From NCBI RefSeq assembly GCF_001194135.2, contig NC_068989.1, forward strand, positions 42,359,086-42,412,034: a DNA stretch of 52,949 nt, written 5' to 3'. Numbering within the stretch: position 1 is the first letter of the stretch; each line of letters starts with the position of its first letter. Shown here in pieces: positions 11,477 through 24,320 of the stretch. Origin of the DNA: Octopus bimaculoides. Taxonomy: Eukaryota. The notes beneath the pieces were generated by a model. That model saw only the letters and a list, made by a program, of their open reading frames with translations, was not told where the DNA came from and did not search any database. The translations under genes and the position numbers were made by a program.

Positions 11477-12734
11477 TATATTTCTGAAACTATGACAAAT
11501 TGTATTTGGAAATGATGCGGACATTAAGTCCTGCTTTATTATTGTGAGAAATTAAAGCAGAAAGCACAGATGTTTTCATTGAAGAAAAGAATGCCAATTC
11601 ATTCTTTCATCGACATATAAATCCATTCTGAGGGAAAGAAAAAAAAATGCTTTATTTCTGGAAAAGATTTAGAAACTCTCAAAGTGTAGAGGCCTTACGA
11701 TAGTAAGAAAACATTAGGTAGAATGGCTGGCTGGCTGGATTTGCAAACTCCATTATGATACGAGCATTAAGGATGACAAACGTAAAGAATATAGATATAA
11801 ATATACCATTGATAAGTTATAGACACAATCTTTTACATTTACAACCATTGCTAACAGAATGCCATATATATATTTATATAATACACTCTGAGTGCGTTCT
11901 TCTTGAGACGATATTACCATACAATCAACAAACACACGTATCAAGTGTACACAGAATAACTTGATGGTAAAAATCTATTTTCCTACAATATTTTTTATCT
12001 GAGATCTACTGGAAGATGCATATGCTTCGAATGTATTTTGTCTATTTTTTATTATTTTTAGACCGGTGGATCGATGCGACTGGACTTAGTTACCAAAGTT
12101 AATGGTTAATTTGAACAATTGTTTTAGAGAGAAAACGTTGGCGGAATGCAAAGATACAGATAAATGTGAGTTTTAGGATCAATATATTGGTCTAAATCAT
12201 TTTGTTTATGGGATGAGGGGAACAGAAAATAAATGAAATATGTCAATGTGAATATTGAATACCGCTATCATCGTGGTGGTGGTGGTCGTCGTCGTCATCG
12301 TCATCGTCGTCGTTGTCGCCTCCACCGTCGTTACTACCGTCATCGTCACATTGTAGGGTTGGGAGAAAGGGTCGCATAACCTTGAGGCAAGGGTGGGGGC
12401 GGGAACGCATTTCAGGGTTGAAAGTAGGAGATGCAGTGTAGAACTGAGATAAGGATGCGCTAATTGTAGCGCTGGGTTAGGACGCTGAATATCCCGGCAC
12501 CGACTCTAGGCACAACAGCACGTTTTGCTTTCTTTCTTCTCTCTCATCATTTTTGCTTTTGCCTGTTACAAACTAAGTCCCCCTTTGCCTTTATTTTTCT
12601 CAAACATTTCACTTTCATTCTCAGCTGTCCAATGTATTTCTCTTGAAAATGCTGCTGCATTGCGTTATATTATTTTAAATTATACTATATTGTATTACTA
12701 AAAAAATATCATTATATACATATATATATATAAT

Positions 12735-12930
12735 ATTCTTTTCTACTCTAGCCACAAAGCCCGAAATTTTGGGGAGGGTGGGGTCAGTCGATTAGATCGA
12801 TCAGAGGACGCAACCGGTACTTAATTTATCGACCCTGAAAGGCAAAGTCGACCTAGGCGAAATTTGAACTCAGAAAGTAATGGCAGACGAAATACTGCTG
12901 AGCATTTCGCCCGGCGTGCTAACGTTTCTG
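12735..12930 (-). mobile_element. SINE family A (tail A2), lacking ~15 nt of 5' end
   Basis: Head to tail on the minus strand; abuts the tail of the next copy. Confidence 0.85.
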
Positions 12931-13161
12931 TTTTCTTTATTGCCCACAAGGGGCTAAACATAGAGGGGACAAACAAGGACAGACAAAGGGATTAAGTCCA
13001 TTACATCGACCCCAGTGCGTAACTGGTACTTAATCTATCGACCCCGAAAAGATGAAAGGCAAAATCGACATTCGCGGAATTTGAACTCAGAACGTAACGG
13101 CAGACGAAATACTGCAAAGCATTTCGCCCGGCGTGCTAACGTTTCCGCCAGCTCACCGTCT
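12931..13161 (-). mobile_element. SINE family A (tail A1), full-length
   Basis: Head (a)gacggtgagctggcggaaacgttagcacgccgggcgaaatgc, B-box gagttcaaattcc, tail ...ttgtgggcaataaagaaaa. Confidence 0.9.
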
Positions 13162-13168
13162 TTTATAT

Positions 13169-13205
<37 letters not shown>

Positions 13206-14120
13206 NNNNNNNNNNNNNNNNNNNNNNNNNNNNNNNNNNNNNNNNNNNNNNNNNNNNNNNNNNNNNNNNNNNNNNNNNNNNNNNNNNNNNNNNNNNNNNN
13301 NNNNNNNNNNNNNNNNNNNNNNNNNNNNNNNNNNNNNNNNNNNNNNNNNNNNNNNNNNNNNNNNNNNNNNNNNNNNNNNNNNNNNNNNNNNNNNNNNNNN
13401 NNNNNNNNNNNNNNNNNNNNNNNNNNNNNNNNNNNNNNNNNNNNNNNNNNNNNNNNNNNNNNNNNNNNNNNNNNNNNNNNNNNNNNNNNNNNNNNNNNNN
13501 NNNNNNNNNNNNNNNNNNNNNNNNNNNNNNNNNNNNNNNNNNNNNNNNNNNNNNNNNNNNNNNNNNNNNNNNNNNNNNNNNNNNNNNNNNNNNNNNNNNN
13601 NNNNNNNNNNNNNNNNNNNNNNNNNNNNNNNNNNNNNNNNNNNNNNNNNNNNNNNNNNNNNNNNNNNNNNNNNNNNNNNNNNATATATATATATATATAT
13701 ATATAGTTGTTTAGTTGTCCACATACACAGTTGCATTTCAGTTATGGCTGAAATTTTATAGAGAATGAGTAATAGTGATGTTTATCATCACCAAACAATT
13801 GCTGACTCACACAAACAAAAGGTACTTTGTCACCAGAATATCTAAGATTGTTCACTTCAGAATTAATTTGGACGAATATTAAGAGATAAATGGCAATGAC
13901 CTTTCAGTGACTGTATAATTGGGGTTGGTCTATCAATAGATAAGAACAGTTATCTCAACTTTCGCTTGATGATAACATTTCGGACGACTTATTAGTTTTC
14001 AGGTAATTTGCGTATTGTTTCCCTAGTGATAAATGAGATGGCAGATCGTTAAGTCAGGCGTGTTAAAATGCAGTGAAAAATTGAAATCAGCTCATTTTTG
14101 TTCTCGTTTATTGTTTAGCA

Positions 14121-14375
14121 GTGAAGGTGCGTAACTTACTGGTTAGGATGTTGTAATCACGATCTTGCGATCGTGGTCTTGATTTCCGGATCTTGAGCGA
14201 AATATTTCATTTCACGCTGATCCAGTTCACTCAGCTGTAAATGAATAACCCTGCAACGGTCTGCGTCCTGTTTGGAAGCAATGCTGTGATCTCGGTCGGC
14301 TATGCGCTACAGAAACTGAGTAAACAGCCCTATGAGTCCATGGACACAAAACAGTAACGGTCTGGGGAGCTACTT
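14121..14375 (+). mobile_element. SINE family E, old diverged copy
   Basis: gtgaaggtgcgtaacttactggttagg head; atttcacgctgatccagttcactcagctgtaaatg middle. Confidence 0.65.
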
Positions 14376-15031
14376 CTATTTATTTACTGTTTATCGTTTC
14401 GGTGGTGGAAGTAATCAACCAACTATTTTTTGTTTTTTAATCTTTCAATCAGTAGAGAATGGATTACTCATGACTCTTTACAGAGCTACCCGAGACAGGA
14501 GTCAGGGTAGTTGGTAGTAAATCATCCGGAAACCTAGACCGAATGTTTCCAATTGACTGGATTTCGTTATAAGTACCCAATGTACCCGCTGAGTGACAGA
14601 CTCAGTCTACCATCTATACAGGCCATGGCGGGATTCGAACTTAGAAGCCAAAGAACCAGAGCAAATACTGCAAGGCATTTGGTCCAGCCGTCTAACAAAA
14701 AAGTACCAATCTACCGTACTATACTGGTACTTTTCTCTGTTTTCATTGAACAGGAAAGGATGAAAGATAAAGCTCACCTCGAAGGAATTTGAACTCAGAA
14801 CACCGAATTTCAGCATAAATACCACGACCCATGCAAACTGTTGCCCTTACGACTGCCAATCACCGACAAGTGAACGTCAATAGTGTTGCAGCTGTCATTT
14901 TTGTTAATGTTTAACCCTAGTCAGCCGTGTTTGGGCAAACTTATAAGTAGAGAGATGCTAAAGCTTGTTTCTGAATTAGACACAGGGCCAACAGTTTTGA
15001 GAGGAAGGATTAATCGATCTCATCGGACCCA

Positions 15032-15395
15032 GGGTTCCTCCTGATGATGTCTTCAGCTAACTGGATCCTAATCCACCAAGGGAAGGTATGTCGGAAGAAA
15101 GTAATTCAACAACGCGGGTTAATGAACCGTAAGACGTGTGGCCAGAACCTCCTGGAAAATAACCATAGCGAGGGACATTCCACAGTTGAATTAGAACAGT
15201 CACAAACAGTGAAAGAAGACATGCACCCAACACCAGAGCTGAAGACACCTCCGAAAGGGGGTGGCCCCGCCATGTCAAAACGGTAGAGGAGTAGGGGCCG
15301 AAACCGGACGTGGTTCCTCCTGATGATGTCTTGAGCTAACTGGATCCTATAAAGGAGCTGTTGTGACAGCAGACCACGAAACATGGTTGAAATTC
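15032..15395 (+). repeat. unclassified GC-richer element with 39-bp direct repeats 280 bp apart
   Basis: ggttcctcctgatgatgtctt(c/g)agctaactggatccta at ~15032 and ~15312; internal hairpins. Confidence 0.7.
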
Positions 15396-15759
15396 CTTCC
15401 TTGGTAATTTATTTTATCGACACCGAAAGGGTAAAAGTAATGGTCATTTGTGTGAGAATTGAACCAAGAAGCTAAAGAGATAGACTGAGTGCTGCGAATT
15501 TCTTTTTCTTTTTAAATTTCCGACGATTCAGTGATTCTAGTAACTTACCGCCTTAAGGCGAATGATTCCGTTAAATTTTAGTACAAGGCCAGCAATTTTA
15601 AGGGTGGGGTACTTGAAGAGTACTTTATTTTATCGACCTCGAAAGGATGAAAGGCAAAGCTAACTTCGACAGAATTTTAATTCAGAACGTAAAGAGCCGA
15701 AAGAAATACTGATAAGCACTGTGTCCAACACGCTAACGATTCTGTCAACTGGCCGCCTT
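15395..15759 (-). mobile_element. two tandem diverged SINE family A copies
   Basis: Two successive core (ttttatcgac.cc.gaaagg) plus head (aacgattctg..a.ct.gccgcctt) modules. Confidence 0.7.
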
Positions 15760-16229
15760 CAGGTATTCTAATATGTGAAAGCTTTTATTGGAGACATTGT
15801 GCATCTAAGATCACATCATCCAATGTATCCTTTGATTTTTTTTTTTTACCTTTTCAGACGGCAGGTTCTAATTTGAGGGATATTTGACTGATATTTCTTG
15901 CAAGTGAGACGAGCAGATAGAGACTCACTTGTTAGCTCGTCTCGTTCATGCACTTTTATTTAGTGTTAATTGATACTTAGCTGAGTTGCTAGACACAAAT
16001 GAAAGAATCTGGGTTAAAAGCTAGTTTCTTTAATACATCACACTCCCACCGATTCTTTTAGTTGCACTTATCGTGGAAAATTTAGGTTATGATACTAATA
16101 TCTCACTTTAGAAAGATTTTATAAAGAGCGAATTAAAGCGGCTTACTTAACGGATGTTAGTAAGAAGTGCAATGACAATATAGCTGGAACACGCGCGCGC
16201 GCACGCACACACACACATGCACACACACA

Positions 16230-16263
<34 letters not shown>

Positions 16264-17109
16264 TACGATGAACGCGATTAAAAATCCGAGCTGGATCCTC
16301 AGTAAGCACTTCTACGGATACCAGCTAGCAGAGTGTATACCTTTAGATACTGTACCTTAACAGAGAAAACTCTCCATACAAAATGAAATTCCAGGTCAAA
16401 GGGATGGTCACGGAATAGGAATACATTAAATCAGAAACTCGAAATTATGGTGTTATATTTAATACCATTATATAAACCTTTATACACACAGATATACAAA
16501 CAAACATACATACATGTGTACATGCATACACGCACACATAGATATAATATAATCAGGCACACAAACAGAGACACACACACGCACACGCGCTTGTGCGCAC
16601 ACACATGCACACACACACACACACATACACACACCTATAATAGAGAACACAGAAAAAGTTATAACATCGCTTACAGGAAAGGACCACGTGTCAGCCATAA
16701 TGCGTATTGCCGTGTTAAACTGAACACCAAAGTGACACCAAGAATTAATTCATCCACATTAGAAGCCTTAATCTAACAAGCTAGGGTCTCTCACACCAGC
16801 GGCCGGTGAACGGGGAATTCGGTCTACACAATATCCAGTTATGAAATTATAGATATCTAATATTAAAAAAATACAAGATAAGTTTTGGCGTAGCCTATGG
16901 GAATCGAACTAACTGTCTGCAGTAAACCAGTTAAACCGGTGATAAATTGACAGTCGTTTAAAGGTCGAACAGAATGCTTTGCGGTATTTGTACCGAATTT
17001 TCCTGAGTTCGAATTCCGCCAATCTCAACCTTTATCTTTCGGGATGGCTGGCAGTAGGAACTGTTGGAACCGCAGACCATATACCTTGATTTTAGTCGAA
17101 CAGATCGAC

Positions 17110-17246
17110 CCTAGTATTTAGTTTTTTTTTAAAGTCTGGTACTTAATCTATCGATATATAGTTTTTTGCCGAACCGCTAGACACTGGCGGCGTAAATAAA
17201 CGTACAGCGATTGTCAAGCTGTGAAGGGAGACGTACAATATACAAA

Positions 17247-17260
<14 letters not shown>
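17110..17260 (-). mobile_element. SINE family B 3' half, diverged
   Basis: ttttgccgaaccgcta...ggttgtcaagc-like segment as in 32520-32720. Confidence 0.6.
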
Positions 17261-17282
<22 letters not shown>

Positions 17283-17313
17283 CTCTCTCTCTCTGTCTCT
17301 CTCTCTCTCTCTG

Positions 17314-17345
<32 letters not shown>

Positions 17346-17575
17346 TGTCACTCTCTCTCTCTCTCTCACTGATCAATAAACATTCTCGTACCTTTCATCT
17401 TCCGTCTCTCTCATTAATCCCCCCACCATATATATATATATCTATATCTACATTATATATATATGACAGTAGGGTAAAAAAATTGGATATTAATTAATAT
17501 CAGTAGGGTAAAAAATTGGATATTACATATGATCTTCTTCTAGCACATTAACAGTCCACCTAGTGGTCTCATTTT

Positions 17576-17658
<83 letters not shown>

Positions 17659-17669
17659 GCGATGCCCCT

Positions 17670-17822
17670 CCACACAATATCCGTCTTCCAGATTCACTCA
17701 CAAAGCATTGGTTAGTCCTCGACTATACTAGAGGACACTTCTCCAAGTTGTTGCGCAGTGGGGCTGAACCCGAAACTACATGGTTGTGAAGTGATTTTCT
17801 TAACCACAAATTCATGCTTTGC
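17670..17822 (-). mobile_element. SINE family B 5' half, diverged
   Basis: attcactcacaaagc.ttggt...gcgcagtggggctgaacccgaaactacatggttg...ttcttaaccaca. Confidence 0.7.
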
Positions 17823-17999
17823 CGATATTTATGATAAAAAGTGGGACTCCCGAGGCCGAAATTCTTTTTGGTTTTTTTCTCTTACCCATATGGGCTTGAA
17901 TTATAGTGAGGAAGGGCTACGCCGAACAACTACCCCTGTCTGTTTCGCACTTGAATTCCTGGTCATGTAGCAACATGTGGGAAGATATAGGGATGGCTG

Positions 18000-18071
18000 T
18001 ACATACATACATACATACATACATACATACATACATACATACATACATACATACATACATACATACATACA
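18000..18071. repeat. (TACA)n microsatellite
   Basis: Direct reading. Confidence 0.95.
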
Positions 18072-18444
18072 GTAAAAATTGTGTAACACTTTCCAGAAGT
18101 TTTTCATTTAAGTATATATGAGCATGTCTAGACATGCAACAAATACATGAGAATAGATATATAAAGCAAAACATACAAATCCGAACGTATACATACATAC
18201 ATACATACATACATACATAGACACCAGTTACGAAAATAACTATATTATACAAAGTACAGATGACTGGAGATCGGTCATTGCCTGAAATGTACAATAATGT
18301 CACATGTTTGCAGATTAAAAAGATATCAAGAAATATGAAAAAATAGAATAAAGAAGTGGTGGTGTGTATATATGACAATGATATCTTTAGTGTCTGTCGG
18401 CATACGTGGTTATGCTTCAATCTATTTATGGGTGTATTTTGTAA

Positions 18445-18563
<119 letters not shown>

Positions 18564-19124
18564 GGTGAGAATATAATAACTTCACGTGTACGAACACATT
18601 CAAAAGCAAAAACTAAAAACACAAATAAAATGAAAAGCCAGAAATTGCAAAAAATGGAAAAATAAAGAGAAGGATAGAGTATATGTACTTGAGACGGAAT
18701 AACTTTCTATGTATTCAGCAATGCATGTGAATATGCATATATATTTACGGGCGTGTATATATAGGCGTGTTTATATATACAGATATATATANNNNNNNNN
18801 NNNNNNNNNNNNNNNNNNNNNNNNNNNNNNNNNNNNNNNNNNNNNNNNNNNNNNNNNNNNNNNNNNNNNNNNNNNNNNNNNNNNNNNNNNNNNNNNNNNN
18901 NNNNNNNNNNNNNNNNNNNNNNNNNNNNNNNNNNNNNNNNNNNNNNNNNNNNNNNNNNNNNNNNNNNNNNNNNNNNNNNNNNNNNNNNNNNNNNNNNNNN
19001 NNNNNNNNNNNNNNNNNNNNNNNNNNNNNNNNNNNNNNNNNNNNNNNNNNNNNNNNNNNNNNNNNNNNNNNNNNNNNNNNNNNNNNNNNNNNNNNNNNNN
19101 NNNNNNNNNNNNNNNNNNNNNNNN

Positions 19125-19370
19125 CACTTGATCAATGAGGGAGTTTGATACCGCTGCCCTCATCTGTGTTTTCTGCCCTGAGGTAGGCTCATCTGGAACC
19201 CTTGACAGGAAGAGATCTTGTTTTGTTTTGAAGACACTTACATCTACACCCTGCAAGTCTCTCAGGCATTTTGGAAGGATATTAAGGAGCTGTGGGCCCT
19301 TGAAACCCAACATGTTGCGGTAGCTCGTCCTGTATTTTGATGATTATTACAGTTTCCTGTCCCACTTTCT
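19125..19370 (-). mobile_element. 3' coding end of a CR1/L2-group (jockey group) LINE
   Basis: LGFKGPQLLNILPKCLRDLQGVDVSVFKTKQDLFLSRVPDEPTSGQKTQMRAAVSNSLIDQ matches the GP.LFN.LP..LR...FK..LD.FL..VPDEP..RAA.SNSL.DQ ORF2 terminus; runs into an N gap. Confidence 0.75.
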
Positions 19371-19570
19371 TTTGCCATGAGCATTACTTAAACTCAGGGC
19401 CAAACACTAAAAGTTGCTGGATTGCAACTTGAAGATCAAACAGATTTTCGTATATGAAATCCATTTTTATTCTACTTCACTTACTGTATGTTTTTCTCTT
19501 ATATGATACACACATCTAAATCTGTAGTCCTAGTCTCACACTAGTTCAGATTTGAGAGTGAAACTTTCAG

Positions 19571-19890
19571 TTCTCCTTGGGCATATGGCCTATTCAAATG
19601 TCAAAAGAAACTGTGACAGATGGGTCTTCCACTTCACCTATGGCCTTCTCAGTGCCATCGCACAGTCGCCTGGATTCCGTAAAGCCGTTCTTCTATATGA
19701 TATAGCCATTCTTCTAACTTCATTCACGTTCAAACTGAATCATTCAATTCTCCTTTGGCATACCACCTATTCAAACGTTAAAAGGAACAAATGGATGTTC
19801 TATTTGACTTGTAGCCTTTTCAGTGCCATCGTAGTCACCTGGATTCCATAAAGCTATTCTTCTATATGATATACCCATTTTTCTAGCTTC
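19571..19890. repeat. diverged tandem duplication, ~150-bp unit, period 177
   Basis: 19571-19721 versus 19748-19890 share e.g. cagtgccatcg..gtc.cctggattcc.taaagc..ttcttctatatgatata.ccatt.ttcta.cttc. Confidence 0.85.
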
Positions 19891-21299
19891 TCGGCCCGAG
19901 AAACAGTAAAAGTAATTACCCGATCAACGTCGGGTATTACTGCTAGTGTGTGTATATGAATATATATATATATATTTGCATTTCGCTTTTGGATGGACTA
20001 GGCTTGATTTCACGTTCGTTTCCAATGATCTGTTTCCGTATAGGCAATGTTCTTGAACAGTTATTACCAATGAGCGAGTTTTGGTGACGTTTCAGCTTTG
20101 CTTTTTATTCCACTGAAAATGGTTAAAGTTATCTTTTGTCTGACTGAGATAATAATAGTAATTCTTCACCAGTATCTCTATCCCTGTACCACTCTTGTAC
20201 CTGAGTTTCACCCACCATACACTCGCGTCTGTCAACGTCTCACTATAGTTCTCCTATTATTGTCCTATCTTCTCAGTCACATTGCCTAAACGAATAGCGA
20301 AGGCTCTTGTTTTGTTTGCTACCAAGGTAACCTCTCTAGTTTTAGTGTCACGGTAAATTGTACTCATTACATTCTGTAAAGTGGTTTGCGTGGAGAGAAG
20401 TGCTTAGCTATGGGTTAAGTGAACGCTTAGCCATGCCGAGATCATGATAACCTCTTTAGTGCTGTGCTACGATAAAATGTACTTTGAAAAGTGATCGCTG
20501 TTTAAAGAACAACCAGCTGTAGAAAGCCATGCCAAATATTAGAACGTGTGAACATGATCCTCCGACTAGTATAGGAAGGCAAGTAATATCGAATAAGATG
20601 TGATTCGTTCAATGACGACTTGTTCAACCCATACATGCTAGGTAAGCGTGAATGTAAAAGGCTTCTGCTGCTGAATATGTACTATATGTAAGTGGATATA
20701 AGAGGGAGAAAAGGGAGGTGAACATTTCAAGAATAATACTGGAAATAAAAGTTTTTTTTTTTTAATTAAATGATTACATGCAAAAAATAAAAATATATAT
20801 ATATGAAGATAAATAAAAATCATAATTGAGAATTGAATTGATAGATTATTTTAAAATATCAAAACTTACAATTTGATGTAAACATAAGGGATTTAGTAAA
20901 TTAAGTGAATATGATGGATGGGGGTTAAGGAACAAAGGGTATAACTGTTGGATAGAAAATAAACAATTATAGAATTAAATGTAAATATTTTGTAAAATGT
21001 TTTTCGGAATATTTTTTCGTTTACGATCGAAACATTACGAAGTTATCGAAACATTACGAAGTTATCGAAACATGCAAATCTAACAATAAACAAAATTTCA
21101 TTTCGGTTATAGCTTGAACTATTTCAACAGAAATTAGGATATTAAACTCTAAATTCAATGTTTACAGTTGGTATTTTCAATACTTGATCAGTTTGTTTTT
21201 ATATTTATGGTTTTTGTCTTTAACACTCCCGATGTGCGTAGAAAATGATGTGTCATTTCTATAACAGAGAGTGCTCACACCTCAATAAGACGCATAAAG

Positions 21300-21590
21300 G
21301 GATAAAACAGAAAGAAAAGGATTTGTTTCAATTGTCCTTTTAGTCCAAATGACATTTCTAATATAGCAAAATATTTCCTATACCTAATAGAGAAGCACTT
21401 TCCTGACTCGCAAAGATATAACTAATGCTTTAATGAAATGAAATGAAATGAATATTGGATGCAGTTGCACAGAAAATCTTGTCGCATTAATATCAAGGAC
21501 TAACGGGTAAAATATAATAGCAATCATAAACAGCTTTAAAGATGAATTTGCTCACTCAACGGAAAGTGCCTTATCAAAGCATTTGTGTAC
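21300..21590 (+). mobile_element. Penelope-like element remnant (RT C-terminus to start of GIY-YIG region), WFNPP-type lineage
   Basis: RKKRICFNCPFSPNDISNIAKYFLYLIEKHFPDSQRYN*CFN...CSCTENL...CSLNGKCLIKAFVY corresponds to the PLE motif series RKR.IIWFNPP(Y/F)S...NIGK.FL.LI.KHFP...FN...SYSC..N...CPL.G.CL...VY. Confidence 0.75.
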
Positions 21591-22076
21591 GGAACTAAAT
21601 CTTTTTCGCCTGATGTAATAACTAGGAACTAAATCGGTTATCCCAATGAGTTTCTTTTAGAAATGTCTAAACCCAATATCCATTTCCCTTTCAATATTGG
21701 GATAACAGAAATGCATCGTCTATATATGTCTCGAATATTTACGATAAAACTCGTAAAGCGGTAAATCTCTTGCTTTGTCAACCTCGTGTCATACCTACAA
21801 AATATTTCTCTTTTTGAGCCTTATCTATTTTGGATTTTCTTACACAAAGCAACTACTGTGTTGATGACGCATATTGAGGGAAGAACAAGTGCCTTCCAGA
21901 CAATCAGACTGTCGGTTCCATAATGGTATATCAGTTTAGGACAATTCTTAATTCTTGAGATTATCTCCCCTTAACAGACGGAGTTGGTACCAATTGCCAA
22001 CAAGCAACTCTTCATCATTTTTCTTATATGCTATTTAAGATAGTTTTATATGCTCCTTGTTAAATATGCACACACC

Positions 22077-22128
<52 letters not shown>

Positions 22129-22629
22129 NNNNNNNNNNNNNNNNNNNNNNNNNNNNNNNNNNNNNNNNNNNNNNNNNNNNNNNNNNNNNNNNNNNNNNNN
22201 NNNNNNNNNNNNNNNNNNNNNNNNNNNNNNNNNNNNNNNNNNNNNNNNNNNNNNNNNNNNNNNNNNNNNNNNNNNNNNNNNNNNNNNNNNNNNNNNNNNN
22301 NNNNNNNNNNNNNNNNNNNNNNNNNNNNNNNNNNNNNNNNNNNNNNNNNNNNNNNNNNNNNNNNNNNNNNNNNNNNNNNNNNNNNNNNNNNNNNNNNNNN
22401 NNNNNNNNNNNNNNNNNNNNNNNNNNNNNNNNNNNNNNNNNNNNNNNNNNNNNNNNNNNNNNNNNNNNNNNNNNNNNNNNNNNNNNNNNNNNNNNNNNNN
22501 NNNNNNNNNNNNNNNNNNNNNNNNNNNNNNNNNNNNNNNNNNNNNNNNNNNNNNNNNNNNNNNNNNNNNNNNNNNNNNNNNNNNNNNNNNNNNNNNNNNN
22601 NNNNNNNNNNNNNNNNNNNNNNNNNNNNN

Positions 22630-22687
<58 letters not shown>

Positions 22688-23582
22688 GAAGAAAGAGAAA
22701 GAAGGAAGGATTAAATGAAGGCTGTATATAAACATACATTCATTCAGATACGAACGCTATTGGCGCGCACACGCATACAAACACAGTCAGTAATTAGCTG
22801 TGTGTGTGTTTGTGTGTGTGTGTGTGTGCTTGTGTGCGTGGATAAGAAAGTGGCGGTATGTGTGTATGTGTGCATGCGATTAACGTTCGTACGTGTGTTC
22901 CTACCTTCCTTTGTAAAAGGTGTGTAAAATAATATCATAGCTAAGGATGTTACCAACTATATAACAAATGCTTCTCAAATAATTTTATACCGGAAACAGA
23001 GTTTGGTGTATTATAATGATCATAGTGAACGACAGTGAGAATTAAATTGAGTGGTCGAGAAGATGCAGGAAAGAACTGGAGAAAAAAACAGAAAGAAGAA
23101 ATAAAAATTAAGAATGAAGAGAAGTGAATTAAGGCAAAGACAAGTATTAAACTCAGGAGGTTGGTTAAGTAATGGGACGTTCAACCAGATGGTGGAATAT
23201 TTAATGTTCCAGACTTTAAACATATATTTGTGAATGGGGTGATACTTGGTAAAGATCTCTGCTCCGACACTCTTTGTTAACTTGTCAGTCATTATCACTA
23301 CTGCTAGTTAAATCCCTCTAAGCATACTTAACAAAACCTACGCGTTCATTGTTCTTAACCGATACAGAAGAAATAAGTCACCCGACAGAATAGTTCTTAA
23401 TATTAATAACTTAAGCTCCTTCATAGACCTACAGGCACGTTATAGAATACCTAAAACTGCATAAATAGATATAACACTTTGTATGTATAGCCCGCCTGGA
23501 TACGAAAATTCTAATATTCTAATAACATAACGATGTATTAATACTAATGGACTACACACACACACACACACAGACCTGCTAT

Positions 23583-24175
23583 TTTCCATATTTTCTCTCG
23601 TTGCATATTTAATTCGTTTGTTTTCGTACTCCATGTTGTTTACACAGTTGGTGACGTCTTGTACCCATATATCTTAATCTATTTGATGCGACTCTATACT
23701 TTTCTATCTGTCTCTCTTTCTCTTTCTCTCTCTCTCGTTGCTCACACGTAACCATCGTCCATCTTTTTTCCTCACGTGATCATCTTTCTTTTCCTGCATA
23801 ACCATTCTAAGGACTAGATATATTCTATCTCTATCTTCTATCTTTTCTCTTTTCAAAGAAAATATTTCTCGCAGCGTTCACAATTTTCCTCTCGTTCTGA
23901 TCTAACGATCCTCCATGTTTGTGTTCGTTCGGTTTCCTTGTATGTCTCCACTGTCCTGTTTTTGTTCCCAACTTTGACCCGCAATAAATCCTAAATTTTA
24001 TTTTGGAATTCATAGGAAGACTCGTATTGTCGTTGAATGCTCGAAATGAGGAGTAGATCATCGACAGCCGACAACTGATAAACGGTCATTCTTTGTGTTA
24101 TTTTCCTTGTTTTCCATTTTCTCTCGTTGTTTGCGTATTTAACTAGTTTGTTTTCGTACATCATGTTGTTTACTT
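23583..24175. repeat. unclassified repeat bounded by ~60-bp direct repeats (LTR-like remnant?)
   Basis: tttcca..ttctctcgttg...gtttgttttcgtac..catgttgtttac at 23583-23643 and ~24112-24175; AATAAA inside. Confidence 0.45.
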
Positions 24176-24197
24176 TCAGTTTCTATCTACTGAATCA

Positions 24198-24320
24198 ACT
24201 CACAAGACTTTCGTTGGCCCGAGGCTATAGAAGAAGACATTTGCCTAAGATGCCACGCAGTGGGACTGAACGCACAACCAAGTGGTTGGGAAGTAAGTTT
24301 CTTACCACACACCCACGTCT
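24198..24320 (-). mobile_element. SINE family B 5' half
   Basis: actcacaagactttcgttggcccgaggctatagaagaagacatttgcctaagatgccacgcagtgggactgaac. Confidence 0.8.

Noticed and set aside
12262-12350. (GTG/GTC/TCG)n tract as a coding poly-Asp/Arg/Val exon
   Set aside because: A short degenerate trinucleotide repeat with no flanking ORF or credible splice context.
15044-15384. Overlapping 73-92-aa ORFs as a small gene
   Set aside because: Three overlapping frames on both strands in a GC-richer repeat with no recognisable motif, as expected by chance.
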